From NCBI GenBank assembly GCA_964416505.1, contig CAYQEJ010000002.1, positions 90,172 to 154,171 on the forward strand: a stretch of DNA of 64,000 bases, in the 5' to 3' direction. Below are positions 47,347 to 57,927 of this stretch, one piece after another. The notes under the pieces were generated by a model. The model was not told the origin of the DNA. It searched no databases and saw only the letters and a list, made by a program, of their open reading frames with translations. The translations under genes were made by a program, and so were the position numbers. Every line of letters starts with the position of its first letter. Positions within the stretch are counted from its first letter, which is position 1. This DNA comes from an uncultured Gammaproteobacteria bacterium. Its GTDB lineage: Bacteria; Patescibacteriota; Microgenomatia; Levybacterales; UBA12049.

Positions 47347-48285
47347 TTAGCGAACTAACTCAAGAATCACAAATGCTATATAGATTCCAATCATAAATAA
47401 GCCATTTTTTCTCGATATAAAATTTTTGACTCTAAAAAAATAATAAAGAAGTCCTACTCCTAAAAGAATGAAGCCAAAAGTTAGCAAGAAATTATTAACT
47501 GTAATAATTTCTCCTTTACCTAGAACTGTAAAAATACCAAATAAAAGAGTACTTGCAGCTGCAGCACCCATATAATCCCCCATCGCAATTTCCTTTTTAC
47601 CATGAATTACCGCGCGAATTGCTAAAGATATTTCTGGAAGATCAGTTCCCACTGCGATTACCAAAAGTCCGATATAAAACGCTGGGATAGAAAATAAATT
47701 TGCAAAATAAATAGTGTTGTTAACTATTAGCACACTTGATATAAAAACAAGCGCAATCCCTAGAATGACTTTTAGAATATCCCTATAGGAATATGACTTT
47801 TTATCCAGAATTTTTTCATTTCGCCTATCAAATAACCCATTTTTCCTTTCAATTAAGTAAATCAATGCTAAATAAAGTCCAATTAAAACAAATCCTTCAA
47901 TTGTAGTAACTCTTTTATCTAAAATTGCTATAGAAGGCGCCATGACCACTGAGAAAGTAGCCACAAGCATTTTATGATCCATCTCATTTTTTAGATTTAT
48001 TCCATTTCCAAAAACGGCAAGCAAAGGAATAATAAGAAGAAAAATCACAATTATTCCCCCGATTAAATTTCCTACAAATATTTCCGGAGTCTTATCAAAT
48101 ATAGAATGCAAACCAACTGAAAACTCAGGAGTCGAAGTCAAAATTCCTAGAAGAAGAAAGGAAACAGCAAAAGAAGAAAGTCTTAATTTTTCCGCAAATT
48201 TACTTGTAGATTTTACAATTAATCCAGCCCCAAACCAGATAAGTATAAATGCAAAAATATATATGATTAAATTTAGCAACAACAT
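47347..48285 (-). CDS. Na+/Ca2+ exchanger (CaCA/YrbG) family membrane protein
   Basis: Two alpha-repeat motifs, LTSTPEFSVGL and GTDLPEISLAI, with about 10 TM helices. Start chosen at the internal MLLLNLII, because the longer track ORF precedes the TM core. Confidence 0.6.
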   Translation of the reverse strand: MLLLNLIIYIFAFILIWFGAGLIVKSTSKFAEKLRLSSFAVSFLLLGILTSTPEFSVGLHSIFDKTPEIFVGNLIGGIIVIFLLIIPLLAVFGNGINLKNEMDHKMLVATFSVVMAPSIAILDKRVTTIEGFVLIGLYLALIYLIERKNGLFDRRNEKILDKKSYSYRDILKVILGIALVFISSVLIVNNTIYFANLFSIPAFYIGLLVIAVGTDLPEISLAIRAVIHGKKEIAMGDYMGAAAASTLLFGIFTVLGKGEIITVNNFLLTFGFILLGVGLLYYFFRVKNFISRKNGLFMIGIYIAFVILELVR

Positions 48286-48349
48286 CCTCTTTAGATTAAC
48301 ATATAACTTATGCTTCTTAAAACCTTGACAATTTAAGCCAGTCAGAATT

Positions 48350-48817
48350 TTGTCAAGAATTAGCAATTGTGCTATATTAAATTTAATTATGGCAATTTCA
48401 ATTCCATACTTGGGAGGAATTCTTTCAAGATTTTCTCCAGCAAGAACAAACACTCAAACTCAAACTCAAAGTCCCAAAACCGCAGAACAACCTATCCCAT
48501 CCGTAACTGAAACCCAAAGAGTTCAGGGCATTCAAGAATTAAATCAAGCACATCGTGAAAGCCTCAATCCTACTCAAGCTTTAAAATTGGATGAACAATA
48601 TTTAAATTCAAGCGCAGAAGGACATCCAAATACGCGAGAAGCTACACCTGATGAAATTGTTGGAGAAAGATTTCTCGGTGATAACAAGTGGTTTGCAAAA
48701 AGAGACGCTGAAGTAAAAGGAGTAGAATTTCAAGATACTGCGCCGAATCTCTATGATACAGCTAAAGAAGTCTTACCTCAAAAATCAACGATAGACTCTG
48801 GCGAAGGTAAGGTTTAA
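48350..48817 (+). CDS. Hypothetical protein (compositionally distinct)
   Basis: 155-aa ORF filling the gap between two minus-strand genes. Q/T/E-rich with no known domain. The true start may be internal (MAISIPYLGG, about 48389). Confidence 0.3.
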   Translation: MSRISNCAILNLIMAISIPYLGGILSRFSPARTNTQTQTQSPKTAEQPIPSVTETQRVQGIQELNQAHRESLNPTQALKLDEQYLNSSAEGHPNTREATPDEIVGERFLGDNKWFAKRDAEVKGVEFQDTAPNLYDTAKEVLPQKSTIDSGEGKV

Positions 48818-50124
48818 ATTTTTCTAATTTTTATTCCGTCTTTAGAATCTTCAACTGCAAATCCCAATTCTAAAATCTCTTCGCGAATCCTATCAGCTTC
48901 TTCATAATTCCCTGATTTTCGAAGCTCTTCTCTTTTATTTGCTAATTCCTGAATTTCAGATGGAATTTCAATCTCTTCAGAATTCATCTTGGATAAACCC
49001 AAACCCAAAACTTCATCTAACTTTTCTATTGAAGCTTTATTCAAATCATCAATATTTTCCCAAACAACAGATAGAGCACGTGGTAAATTTAAATCATCAT
49101 TTATGGCCTCTATAAATTCTTTTGGAATAATTACTTCCCCATCTTTACTATCTGCATATTTTTTTCTTAGCTTATTTAGAGCGTTTTGTGCACCTTCCAA
49201 GGCTTCCCAGGTAAAATTCATTTCCTGCCTGTAGTGAGTTTGAAGATATAAGTACCTTAATGCGAGTGGATCAATTCTCTTATCAATAATGTCTTTTAAT
49301 TTATAAAAATTTCCAAGAGACTTACTCATCTTTTTTCCATCTACTAAAATAAATGCGCCGTGTATCCAATAATTTACAAATTTTTTTCCTGTTTTGGCTT
49401 CTGATTGTGCAATTTCATTTTCATGATGCGGGAATAAAAGGTCAATCCCACCCATATGAAAATCCAATGTTTCACCCAGATTCTCCTGACTCATGACAGA
49501 ACACTCTATATGCCAACCTGGCCTTCCCCATCCCCATTGAGATGCATACCCCACACTGTCTTTTGGCTCAGCTTTCCAAAGTGCAAAATCTTGAATATCA
49601 TCCTTAGAATATTCATCAGATAAAACACGTGTTCCAGATTTTAGATTTTTTGCTTCAATTCTTGAAAGCTTTCCGTAATTTGAGAATTTGGAAATATCAA
49701 AATATACTGACCCTTCTTTCTCAACGTAAGCAAATCCTTTTTCAATCAGATCAGCAATATATGCCTCCATTTTTTGAATATACGCTGTGGCTTTTGTGAC
49801 TACGTCCTTAGGTAGAATGTTTAAACTTTTTATATCATTGAAGAAAAATTCTTCATATTCATGCGAAAGCTCTGCTATCCCAATTCCTCTTTCATGAGCC
49901 CGTCTGATAATTTTGTCATCAATATCTGTAATATTTTGAACAGTCTTTAATTTAAAGTCATTAAACCTAAGTGCTCTTTCAAAAAGATCGGCCATAAGGA
50001 AAGTTCTTAAATTTCCTATATGCATGAAATCATAAGTAGTAGGCCCACAGGTGTAAATTGTTACAACATCTGACTGAGGTTTAAATTCTTCAACCGATCT
50101 TGATAAGCTATTATAAATTCTCAC
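48814..50124 (-). CDS. cysS: Cysteinyl-tRNA synthetase
   Basis: Class I HIGN motif (FMHIGNLRT) and KMSKS (KMSKSLGN). Confidence 0.9.
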   Translation of the reverse strand: MRIYNSLSRSVEEFKPQSDVVTIYTCGPTTYDFMHIGNLRTFLMADLFERALRFNDFKLKTVQNITDIDDKIIRRAHERGIGIAELSHEYEEFFFNDIKSLNILPKDVVTKATAYIQKMEAYIADLIEKGFAYVEKEGSVYFDISKFSNYGKLSRIEAKNLKSGTRVLSDEYSKDDIQDFALWKAEPKDSVGYASQWGWGRPGWHIECSVMSQENLGETLDFHMGGIDLLFPHHENEIAQSEAKTGKKFVNYWIHGAFILVDGKKMSKSLGNFYKLKDIIDKRIDPLALRYLYLQTHYRQEMNFTWEALEGAQNALNKLRKKYADSKDGEVIIPKEFIEAINDDLNLPRALSVVWENIDDLNKASIEKLDEVLGLGLSKMNSEEIEIPSEIQELANKREELRKSGNYEEADRIREEILELGFAVEDSKDGIKIRKI

Positions 50125-50145
50125 TTTTTTTTATTTTACCCTAAA

Positions 50146-50901
50146 CTAACCTGACACTCCAACCACACTTTCCCCCGTACCTTGTTTAACTGTGGCTGGA
50201 AGGGGTGGTGGTTTTTCTTTTTGCGTCTCTAGATCTGCAAGTTTTTTCTCCTGATCTTCTCTTTCTATTTTCTCAGAAACACTTTCTTCAGGCGCCCTTC
50301 GAGGATTAATAAGATTTTGATAGTAAGCTCCATGGAGTTCTTTTCGAAGGGATTCAATTTTCGCAAGCTCTTCCGGAGTTTTCTCTTTATTGTTAATTAC
50401 AGGAATTCCAAGCGCATCTTTAACTGCTTGATTTGCCGGCTGTTTTGGTTTCTCTTCTTTCGAAACATTTAAACCAAGCGCAGTTTTCACTACGTCTGAG
50501 GAAGGGATAGCGTTTTCCTGTGTCTTTTTTGTACCCGTCAAACCGAGCGCCGCCTTAACGGATTGTTGATTTTGTACTGGCTTTTTACTTTGCAAGGCCT
50601 GGCCTTGCGAGGCTAAATTCTGTTGAGAGTTAGTATTTTGAGCAGAAGTCTTTACACCATATAAATCCTGAAGGAATTTTTTTGCATCATCATCTGACAT
50701 CTGCTGTTGAGCTGCGCTTCCACCTGCTTCATCTGTACCATGATCTGCCTGAGCTGAACCTGCTGGATCAGAATTAGCAATCTGTGAAGCAGTTGTAGAA
50801 GCAAAATTAGAAACCCCTTGAGCAGCAGACTTAGCTGCATTTTTGACAGTTGTTTGACCTTTTTCGATTACATCTTCGAAGCCACCAATTTGTCCAATCA
50901 T
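50146..50901 (-). CDS. Hypothetical Q/A-rich protein with three VK(A/T/D)ALG(L/I) repeats
   Basis: 251 aa. Repeats VKAALGLTGTKK, VKTALGLNVSKEEK and VKDALGIPVINNKEK. Co-directional with and overlapping recR (operon dnaX-ybaB-prs-recR-this gene-cysS). Confidence 0.5.
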   Translation of the reverse strand: MIGQIGGFEDVIEKGQTTVKNAAKSAAQGVSNFASTTASQIANSDPAGSAQADHGTDEAGGSAAQQQMSDDDAKKFLQDLYGVKTSAQNTNSQQNLASQGQALQSKKPVQNQQSVKAALGLTGTKKTQENAIPSSDVVKTALGLNVSKEEKPKQPANQAVKDALGIPVINNKEKTPEELAKIESLRKELHGAYYQNLINPRRAPEESVSEKIEREDQEKKLADLETQKEKPPPLPATVKQGTGESVVGVSG

Positions 50902-51500
50902 AATTCACTTCTGCCTTCAAGAGCTCTTTGGAGGGTTATTTCATCAGCATACTCTAAATCCGCACCAATTGGCAAACCTCTTCCGATACGAGTAACCCTT
51001 ATTTCAACACCCAAACCTTTAAGCTCTTTATCTATATACATAGCTGTTGCCTCTCCTTCCATAGTTGGATTAGTAGCCAAGATTATTTCAGAAATATCAT
51101 TTTTCCTTACTCTATCGATTAATTTCTCGATATAAATTTCATCAGGGCCTATATTGTTAAGAGGATCAATTCTACCATGTAAAACATGATAAACACCTTT
51201 ATATTTTCCTCCTCGCTCAAGCGCTAGAACATCAAGGGGTTCTTCCACAACGCAAATAAGACCTTGATCTCGATTTTTATCACTGCAAATCTCACAAGGA
51301 TCAGTTTCCCCTACAGTAAAACAATTAGAACAAATCACTGTAGCAGTTTTTAGATTTGTTAAGCTTGCAGCAAATTTATCAAGCTCATATTGAGGAACAT
51401 GAAGTAAATAAAAAGTAAGCCTCTGTGCGGTCTTTGGACCCACACCTGGAAGCTTCTCAAAACTTTCTATGAGATTTTGGATTGCCTTGGGTATTTTCAT
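50898..51500 (-). CDS. recR: Recombination protein RecR
   Basis: HhH (LPGVGPKTAQRL), Cys4 zinc finger (CSNC...CEIC) and Toprim domain. Confidence 0.9.
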   Translation of the reverse strand: MKIPKAIQNLIESFEKLPGVGPKTAQRLTFYLLHVPQYELDKFAASLTNLKTATVICSNCFTVGETDPCEICSDKNRDQGLICVVEEPLDVLALERGGKYKGVYHVLHGRIDPLNNIGPDEIYIEKLIDRVRKNDISEIILATNPTMEGEATAMYIDKELKGLGVEIRVTRIGRGLPIGADLEYADEITLQRALEGRSEL

Positions 51501-52399
51501 TTGAGTATTTCTGAGATAAGCGGAGAAACAGAAACTATGTGTAATTTTTCAAATCTTCTTTGAGGACGAGTCTCAACCGTATCTGCAATTGTCACTCTTT
51601 TTATAACGGAATTTTGAAGAGCTACGGGCGCATCTCCTGCAAAAATTCCATGAGTTGCCATAACATAAACTTCTTCTGCACCATTTTTCTTAAGCAGATT
51701 TGCAGCTGCGATTAATGTTTTTCCAGTAGAGATAACATCATCAACTATTACTGCAATTTTTCTAACTTCCCCATTTATTTTTGTAGATTCAATTTCTCCT
51801 GTGTTTAAATCTCTATTTTTTTCTATTGAAACATATGGTACTTTTTCACTTAAAAGATCTGCAAGCATTTTTATTCTTCTTATACCTCCCATATCGGGAG
51901 AGACTAAAACTACATTTTTCATATCCATTTTTTCTATCTCTTTTGCGAAAACAGGAAGCGCAGATAAGTGATCAATTTTTATTTTTTTATTTATGAAAAA
52001 CTCAGCTATTCTTGGAGCATGTAAATCAAAACAAACTACCCGATCTACCTGCATCGCCTTGATAAGATTTACTATTACTTCCAAAGATACTGCTTCACCT
52101 GTTCTAAAAATATGATCTTGCCTTTGATATCCGAGGTACGGGATCACGAGTGTAACTTCAGAACCTCCGCTTCGTTTTATGGCATCGAGGATAAAGAAAA
52201 GCTGCATGTAATAATGGTTTGGATGTACTCCCGTAGATTGCACTACAATAGCATGCTTATCTAAAACATTTTCCAATACTCTCACCCTTACTTCCTTATC
52301 AGGAAATTTAAAAATTTCCATTGAAGAAAGCTTGGTGTCTAAATTCTTTGCAATTTTTTTTGCCAGAGTCGGGTTAGATGTACCCGAAAAAATCAGCAT
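51497..52399 (-). CDS. prs: Ribose-phosphate pyrophosphokinase
   Basis: PRPP-synthetase pattern: the Pribosyltran N-terminal domain and the PRPP-binding loop IVDDVISTGKT. Confidence 0.85.
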   Translation of the reverse strand: MLIFSGTSNPTLAKKIAKNLDTKLSSMEIFKFPDKEVRVRVLENVLDKHAIVVQSTGVHPNHYYMQLFFILDAIKRSGGSEVTLVIPYLGYQRQDHIFRTGEAVSLEVIVNLIKAMQVDRVVCFDLHAPRIAEFFINKKIKIDHLSALPVFAKEIEKMDMKNVVLVSPDMGGIRRIKMLADLLSEKVPYVSIEKNRDLNTGEIESTKINGEVRKIAVIVDDVISTGKTLIAAANLLKKNGAEEVYVMATHGIFAGDAPVALQNSVIKRVTIADTVETRPQRRFEKLHIVSVSPLISEILK

Positions 52400-52400
52400 A

Positions 52401-52679
52401 TTATTTTCCTAATAAACCTCCGAGACCACCTTGCATTTGTGCAAGTTTTTTGGCTGCAATTTCTTGTGATTTCTTAACTGCTTCGTTAATTGCTTCCTTA
52501 ATATCATTATCACTCTTTCCGTTTGTTTTTATCTCTTTAATTTTTTGATCTCCAGTAATTGTAATTTTAACTCCGTTTTTTTCTACCTCTACTTCTTCAG
52601 CGGAAAGAAGACGTTGAATTTGCATCGCCTGATCTCTCATCTTCTTAAGTTCTCCTATTTGTCCAAATGGATTATTCAT
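52401..52679 (-). CDS. ybaB: Nucleoid-associated protein YbaB/EbfC
   Basis: 92 aa. MQ..Q.. and the helical pattern typical of YbaB, positioned directly after dnaX as in most bacteria. Confidence 0.8.
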   Translation of the reverse strand: MNNPFGQIGELKKMRDQAMQIQRLLSAEEVEVEKNGVKITITGDQKIKEIKTNGKSDNDIKEAINEAVKKSQEIAAKKLAQMQGGLGGLLGK

Positions 52680-52693
52680 AAAATCACCTCCTA

Positions 52694-54037
52694 TTACTTT
52701 AATTCTATTGAAAAATTAATTTTACCACTTATTTGCTCTAATTTCTTTTCAATTAGTTCAATAACTTTTTTGTCACCTAATCTCTCTTTATGAAATTTAA
52801 AATTTGTAGAAAGAACTAAATCTTTTCCATCAAATTTTTCTATCTTACACCCTCTAAGCACTCCAGCTATAGAGAAGTTTTCTTTCTTTATTTCCTCTAT
52901 GAGACTTTCTAATATATTAGCAGATTCATCATTTCTGGCAATGGGTTTTTTTACCTCTGTCTTAATCTCTACTTTAGTATCTGATTCTTTTTCATCTGAT
53001 TTCTGATCAGAAGCACACCATTCGATAATAGTAAGCTCTAGAGGAAGCTGTGGAAGAATTGCATACTTAATACTTGAGTGAGATTTAACAAGCATTTCTA
53101 TTAATCTTTTTATTTCTTCAACTTTTTCTAAATTTCCTGATGAAATCTCATTAATCAATTCTTTGTGCAAATTATCTATTAAATTTTCAACTAATAATTT
53201 AAAATCTGCATTTTCTGCTGATAAATTACCGACAATTCCAATTCCTTTTTTCGAGTCTTTATTTTTAAATGATTCAATTAAATCATTCACACTTTTTTCA
53301 ATCGATTGAGTTTTAAATTTTTCCTCAATTAAATCGGATGTAATCTGATTTGAATGAATACTTAACTCTTCAAGAATTTTTGCACCGTCTCTAAAACTCC
53401 CGTCAGATAATTTAACAAGCTCAACAAGCGCATCCTTCTCAATTTTCAAGTTCTCTCCTTTAGCAATTCTTGAGAATGAATTCTCAAAATCCTCGATTGT
53501 TGCTTTTGAAAATTTGATATTAAAGCATCTGGATTTTATGGTCTCTGGAACTTTCTGCACCTCCGTAGTACAAAGTATAAAAACAGCATGCTTTGGAGGC
53601 TCTTCAAGTGTTTTTAAAAGTGCATTAAATGCCTCAGTTGTAAGCATGTGCACTTCATCGATTATGTAAATTTTCTTTCTTGACGCAACTGGAGCTAAAC
53701 GAATTTTTTCTCTAAGATCTCTTATTTCATCAATACCTCTATTGCTTGCGCCATCAATTTCCAAAACATCCAGACTAGATCCGCCGCTAATGGCTTTACA
53801 TGAATCGCATTTATTACAAGGCTCAATTTCTCCGTCTTTTCTATTTGTACAATTTATGGCTTTTGCTAAAATCCTGGCCGTGGATGTTTTTCCAAGACCT
53901 TTTGGACCAGTAAATAGAAAGGCATGAGGAATCTCATCTGGAAGCTTACCCTTAAGAGTATTTGTTAATCTTTCAACCAAATCCTGACTATCGAGTTCTG
54001 AGATTTTTGAAGGGCGATATTTTAAATAAAAAACCAT
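52694..54037 (-). CDS. dnaX: DNA polymerase III subunit gamma/tau
   Basis: AAA+ Walker A GPKGLGKTS, zinc module CNKCDSC and SRC motif KSRC. Confidence 0.9.
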   Translation of the reverse strand: MVFYLKYRPSKISELDSQDLVERLTNTLKGKLPDEIPHAFLFTGPKGLGKTSTARILAKAINCTNRKDGEIEPCNKCDSCKAISGGSSLDVLEIDGASNRGIDEIRDLREKIRLAPVASRKKIYIIDEVHMLTTEAFNALLKTLEEPPKHAVFILCTTEVQKVPETIKSRCFNIKFSKATIEDFENSFSRIAKGENLKIEKDALVELVKLSDGSFRDGAKILEELSIHSNQITSDLIEEKFKTQSIEKSVNDLIESFKNKDSKKGIGIVGNLSAENADFKLLVENLIDNLHKELINEISSGNLEKVEEIKRLIEMLVKSHSSIKYAILPQLPLELTIIEWCASDQKSDEKESDTKVEIKTEVKKPIARNDESANILESLIEEIKKENFSIAGVLRGCKIEKFDGKDLVLSTNFKFHKERLGDKKVIELIEKKLEQISGKINFSIELK

Positions 54038-54134
54038 AAGATTTGTTTTAAGAGAATACTACAAACTGAGAAAAATAGAAATACATCCATCGTTAATTGT
54101 ATTTAGTTTATATTTATGTAATTATTAGTCCAAA

Positions 54135-54983
54135 GTGGGCATTTATTTTATTTTTTTAATAGGATTTATAATTTTTATTGTTATTTGCCTTGCATTTGCA
54201 TTTATCTACTCCCTATCTAACGAGAAGAGAGATTTTGGCGATGATTTTAAGCTAGTAATTTCCGCAGCAATTTTACTATTCATAATCCTTGGATCCCCAT
54301 TTGCAATTGTTATCGCAGCCATACATTATAATCTAAACCTATCTACAGTCTCTCCGTTTTTAATATTAGCTTTATTAATATTTTCAGGAATAACTGTACC
54401 AATTTTTTTTATAAAACAAAGAAGATCTATTTTAAAGGATAATCCAAAAAAACACTTACCCCTAAATCCATTGATTGATGTAAAAAAACTATTACCAATA
54501 ATAAAACCAGATGAAGAAATACAAAGAACTTATAAAATAAAATCGGTGCTTATTCGCGAAGGAGGTAAAATCACTCAATTCTTCTCAAATACAAAAAGTT
54601 ATCGTTTACCAGAAACTTTTCCCACGTCAACACTTATCGAAACAAATAAGGCTTATTATGTGGATAGAAGAAAATCAATTGTAAATTATGGAATTATATT
54701 ATTCTGCGTATCATCTTTAATGCTCTTAGGTAGCATACATTTTTTATTTATAGCATTTGGATTTGTATCGCTAATTATTTCATTAACTATCTTTGTTTGT
54801 CTTCTGGTAATACCTTACAGATATGTAAGACGTATTGAAAAGACATGGATAACAACAGAGGAAAAAAATAATAATACGTTTGAAATCGAAGGAGTTTATC
54901 CTCGGGGGGCTAAAATAATGATCCAAGGAGGAGAAGTGCCTCTAGCAAAATTGCAATTTCATTATAAATATCAAATCCTCTAA
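54135..54983 (+). CDS. Polytopic membrane protein, unknown function
   Basis: 282 aa with several TM helices. Confidence 0.45.
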   Translation: MGIYFIFLIGFIIFIVICLAFAFIYSLSNEKRDFGDDFKLVISAAILLFIILGSPFAIVIAAIHYNLNLSTVSPFLILALLIFSGITVPIFFIKQRRSILKDNPKKHLPLNPLIDVKKLLPIIKPDEEIQRTYKIKSVLIREGGKITQFFSNTKSYRLPETFPTSTLIETNKAYYVDRRKSIVNYGIILFCVSSLMLLGSIHFLFIAFGFVSLIISLTIFVCLLVIPYRYVRRIEKTWITTEEKNNNTFEIEGVYPRGAKIMIQGGEVPLAKLQFHYKYQIL

Positions 54984-54991
54984 TTAAAAGC

Positions 54992-55384
54992 TTACTCGTG
55001 GTGGAGACCGAGGAGATGCTTCATTCCGTGAACAACTAACTCATCAATCTTGTCATCTACCAAAACCTCATCCCTAACTGCTTCATTGATAACCACAGGA
55101 TACGAGATAACTATATCTCCGAGTCTCAGTACCCCAGCAGGTACTAAATGCTTTTCTCCTTCATTTAGCGAAAAAGAAAGTATATTTCTGGTTTTATCTT
55201 CACCCTTATATTTCTTAGAAAGCTCGCGCATTTTTCGATCCCCTACTATAGCAACTGACACTTCAACGGGAGAATTTACACCCTGCTCTTCGAGTAAATT
55301 TGCGAGTGCGGTTTTTATTCTTTTTCTATTAACCTTATATCTGCTTTCAACGAAAATTAAAACTTTGAGGTTACTCATTACCAA
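54992..55384 (-). CDS. ybeY: rRNA maturation endoribonuclease YbeY
   Basis: C-terminal metal-binding motif HGMKHLLGLHHE (H..H....H). Confidence 0.8.
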   Translation of the reverse strand: MVMSNLKVLIFVESRYKVNRKRIKTALANLLEEQGVNSPVEVSVAIVGDRKMRELSKKYKGEDKTRNILSFSLNEGEKHLVPAGVLRLGDIVISYPVVINEAVRDEVLVDDKIDELVVHGMKHLLGLHHE

Positions 55385-55557
55385 ACTTTCTTAACCCTTC
55401 TAGCATCTTCAATTTTTTGTTTTCTAGCAAGAGAAGGTTTCAAATAAAATTCTCTTCTTTTTGCCTCCTGAACTATTCCCTCAGACATAACTTTCCTTGA
55501 AAATTTTCTAATCAAAGAATCGTCACTGTCCCCTGGATTTTTCTTAACTACTACCAT
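55378..55557 (-). CDS. rpsU: 30S ribosomal protein bS21
   Basis: Internal start MVVVKKNPG... with ...IRKFSRKV...EAKRREFYLKPS..RK, typical of S21. The upstream 23 aa in the track ORF are unlikely to be coding. Confidence 0.65.
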   Translation of the reverse strand: MVVVKKNPGDSDDSLIRKFSRKVMSEGIVQEAKRREFYLKPSLARKQKIEDARRVKKVW

Positions 55558-55627
55558 AAATATAAAAACACCCCCTTTTAAATACTTTTGTGTGTAAATT
55601 GTACTGCAAATGAAGGAAATTGACAAG

Positions 55628-56032
55628 CTAATTTGACCTAAGCTTATCTAATGTTTTTGTTAATTCTTCACTTATTTTTGAATCAGTTAAGCTTTGAACA
55701 ACTTTCCCTCCATCATTTTTAAATCTAGGAATTAAATGAATATGAAGGTGTGGAACACCTTTCTCTTCTTTATGATTAATTCCAATTGTTATGGAATCAG
55801 TTTTAAGATTATCTTCCATAATTTTCGCAACTTTTTTAACTCCCCCCATCAGCTCTCCCAATTCTTCTTCAGAGTAATCCAAAATACTTAAACCATGCTT
55901 TCTAGGAACTACCAGCGTGTGCCCATCTGAAGCACCAAAAATATCCAAAAATGCAACATAGTTTTTTTCTTCCAATACAAAATATCCAGGAACAACTTTT
56001 GCTATTACTTTACAAAAAATACAATCTTTCAT
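55628..56032 (-). CDS. HIT-family hydrolase
   Basis: Histidine triad HLHIHLIP. Confidence 0.8.
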   Translation of the reverse strand: MKDCIFCKVIAKVVPGYFVLEEKNYVAFLDIFGASDGHTLVVPRKHGLSILDYSEEELGELMGGVKKVAKIMEDNLKTDSITIGINHKEEKGVPHLHIHLIPRFKNDGGKVVQSLTDSKISEELTKTLDKLRSN

Positions 56033-56940
56033 TTTTTTAATACATTAATAATTTGATCAATTTTTAATTTTGTAGGAATCATTTTTGGATTTTTCGGAGT
56101 TCCGTTTAAAAGCATTCTTTTTCCAACATGAAGAAACCAAGTTGCATCAGGATCCATTTTTTTAAGCTGTTCATAAGTATTTGTGAAATCCACTTCGTAT
56201 GCAGGTGATGCTTTAATTCGCACGTATCCTTTTCTTGGATCTTTTCTTATTGCGACTGCAAATCCCATTTTCTGAGAAAGTTTAATCACGTCATCATTTA
56301 TGGTCTCAAAAGCAATTGCTTTTCCAAAAACAGATTCAAATTCTTTTCCATTTTCCTTAATTTCTTTTTCTGCCCAAATTTTATTTTCAAAATTATGAAG
56401 AATTGCACTAAGCGCTGTCATACTAAATTCAATATAATATGAATCCTCGTTGGGCTTCATAAGCTTTAAGCCGTCCAAAATATCAGTAAACATAAAATCA
56501 TAGTAGTCTGCTGTCGGATCAGGTCTGAAGACATCTTTAAAATGATCATCATCTACAACTACATTTATCATTCTTGAAATTGCCTCTTCTCTAGTCTGAA
56601 CTTTATCCGACTCTTTCTCATTTTCAAACATTTGTCCATTTTTTCTGACATATTCCCAAGTAAGACTTGCACCGCAAACCTTATCTGAAAATGTTTGATG
56701 GTGATCTAGTGGTCCCATTCCCGTATCCACATGAATAACCTCATTTTCTCCAATTTTTTCAACTGGATCAGTTAATTTATCTGCACGAGAACCTTCTAAG
56801 CGAGATCCTGCTGGTACGAATTTTACCTGTGCATCTTTCCATTCCTGTAAAAAAGTTTTAATTAGCCAAACAGATGTCACAGCATCTAAATCCGGAGCAG
56901 AGTGAGTTACTATTATTTTCATATCGCAAGTATACCCCAT
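56029..56940 (-). CDS. DHH-family phosphoesterase (NrnA-like)
   Basis: Motif I IVTHSAPDLDAVTS (DxD) and motif III LDHHQ. Confidence 0.5.
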   Translation of the reverse strand: MGYTCDMKIIVTHSAPDLDAVTSVWLIKTFLQEWKDAQVKFVPAGSRLEGSRADKLTDPVEKIGENEVIHVDTGMGPLDHHQTFSDKVCGASLTWEYVRKNGQMFENEKESDKVQTREEAISRMINVVVDDDHFKDVFRPDPTADYYDFMFTDILDGLKLMKPNEDSYYIEFSMTALSAILHNFENKIWAEKEIKENGKEFESVFGKAIAFETINDDVIKLSQKMGFAVAIRKDPRKGYVRIKASPAYEVDFTNTYEQLKKMDPDATWFLHVGKRMLLNGTPKNPKMIPTKLKIDQIINVLKK

Positions 56941-56982
56941 TTTTGATTTATCGACAATTTTATGTTAATCTAGCTCTTCTAC

Positions 56983-57873
56983 ATGAAGATTCTTATCATA
57001 ACTGGTGGAAACTCTTCTGAAAGAATTGTTTCTTTAAATTCTTCAATAAATGTAAAAAAAGAGCTGGAAAACTCCGGGCATATCGTTAAAGAGTACGATG
57101 TTAAAAATGGCTATGATCCGATCGTAAATTTAGCAAAAAGTTTCGATGTCCTATTCCCTATCATTCATGGCGAAGAAGGCGAAGGCGGAAAACTACACAA
57201 ACACCTAAGTAAAATTAAAAAACCAATTGTAGGAACTAGAAATCATATTGGAATGAATAAAGGCTGGTATAAGATTCCTTTTAAAAAATTTGCTACAAAA
57301 TCCCAAATTCCAACCTCCCCCTGGATAGAAATAAAAAATCGTGAAGACATTATAAAATTTGGCTTCCCTTCTGTTTTAAAAGCTTCGCACGGCGGATCTT
57401 CTCACGAAGTTGTGTTGCTTAGGGAAGAAAAAGATCTTGATTCAAAAGAAGCTAAAAAACTTCTAAAATCCAGTTTTAAATTATATGTAGAAAAATATAT
57501 AAAAGGAGTCGAGATTACAGTAGGAGTTTTAAACGGAAAAGCACTTCCCGTTATAGAAATAAAACCACCAGAGGGACAATGGTTTAATTATGAAAATAAA
57601 TATACATCTGGAACCAAAGAAATTCCGTTCGCTCCGTCTGTGCCAATCAATAAACAAAAAGAGGCACAAAAAATTGCTTTAAAAATTCACAACAATTTTA
57701 ATCTAGGTACATATTCGCGTACTGATTTTATTTTTGCTAACAACATCCCTTTTGCCTTGGAAATTAATACTATTCCAGGTCTTACTTCAGAAAGTCTCAT
57801 GCCAAAAGCAGCAAAAGCTGCAGGAATAAATTTCGGAGAGTTTCTGGAAATTTTAATTAGAGAAGCAAAATAA
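56983..57873 (+). CDS. ddl: D-alanine--D-alanine ligase
   Basis: MKILIITGGNSSERIVSL N-terminus and ATP-grasp; the C-terminus ends with the EINTIPGLT motif. Confidence 0.8.
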   Translation: MKILIITGGNSSERIVSLNSSINVKKELENSGHIVKEYDVKNGYDPIVNLAKSFDVLFPIIHGEEGEGGKLHKHLSKIKKPIVGTRNHIGMNKGWYKIPFKKFATKSQIPTSPWIEIKNREDIIKFGFPSVLKASHGGSSHEVVLLREEKDLDSKEAKKLLKSSFKLYVEKYIKGVEITVGVLNGKALPVIEIKPPEGQWFNYENKYTSGTKEIPFAPSVPINKQKEAQKIALKIHNNFNLGTYSRTDFIFANNIPFALEINTIPGLTSESLMPKAAKAAGINFGEFLEILIREAK

Positions 57874-57927
57874 GCTAATCTATTCCAAAATACTTGACAA
57901 AAAAACCCCATAAGTTAAACTAGATTT

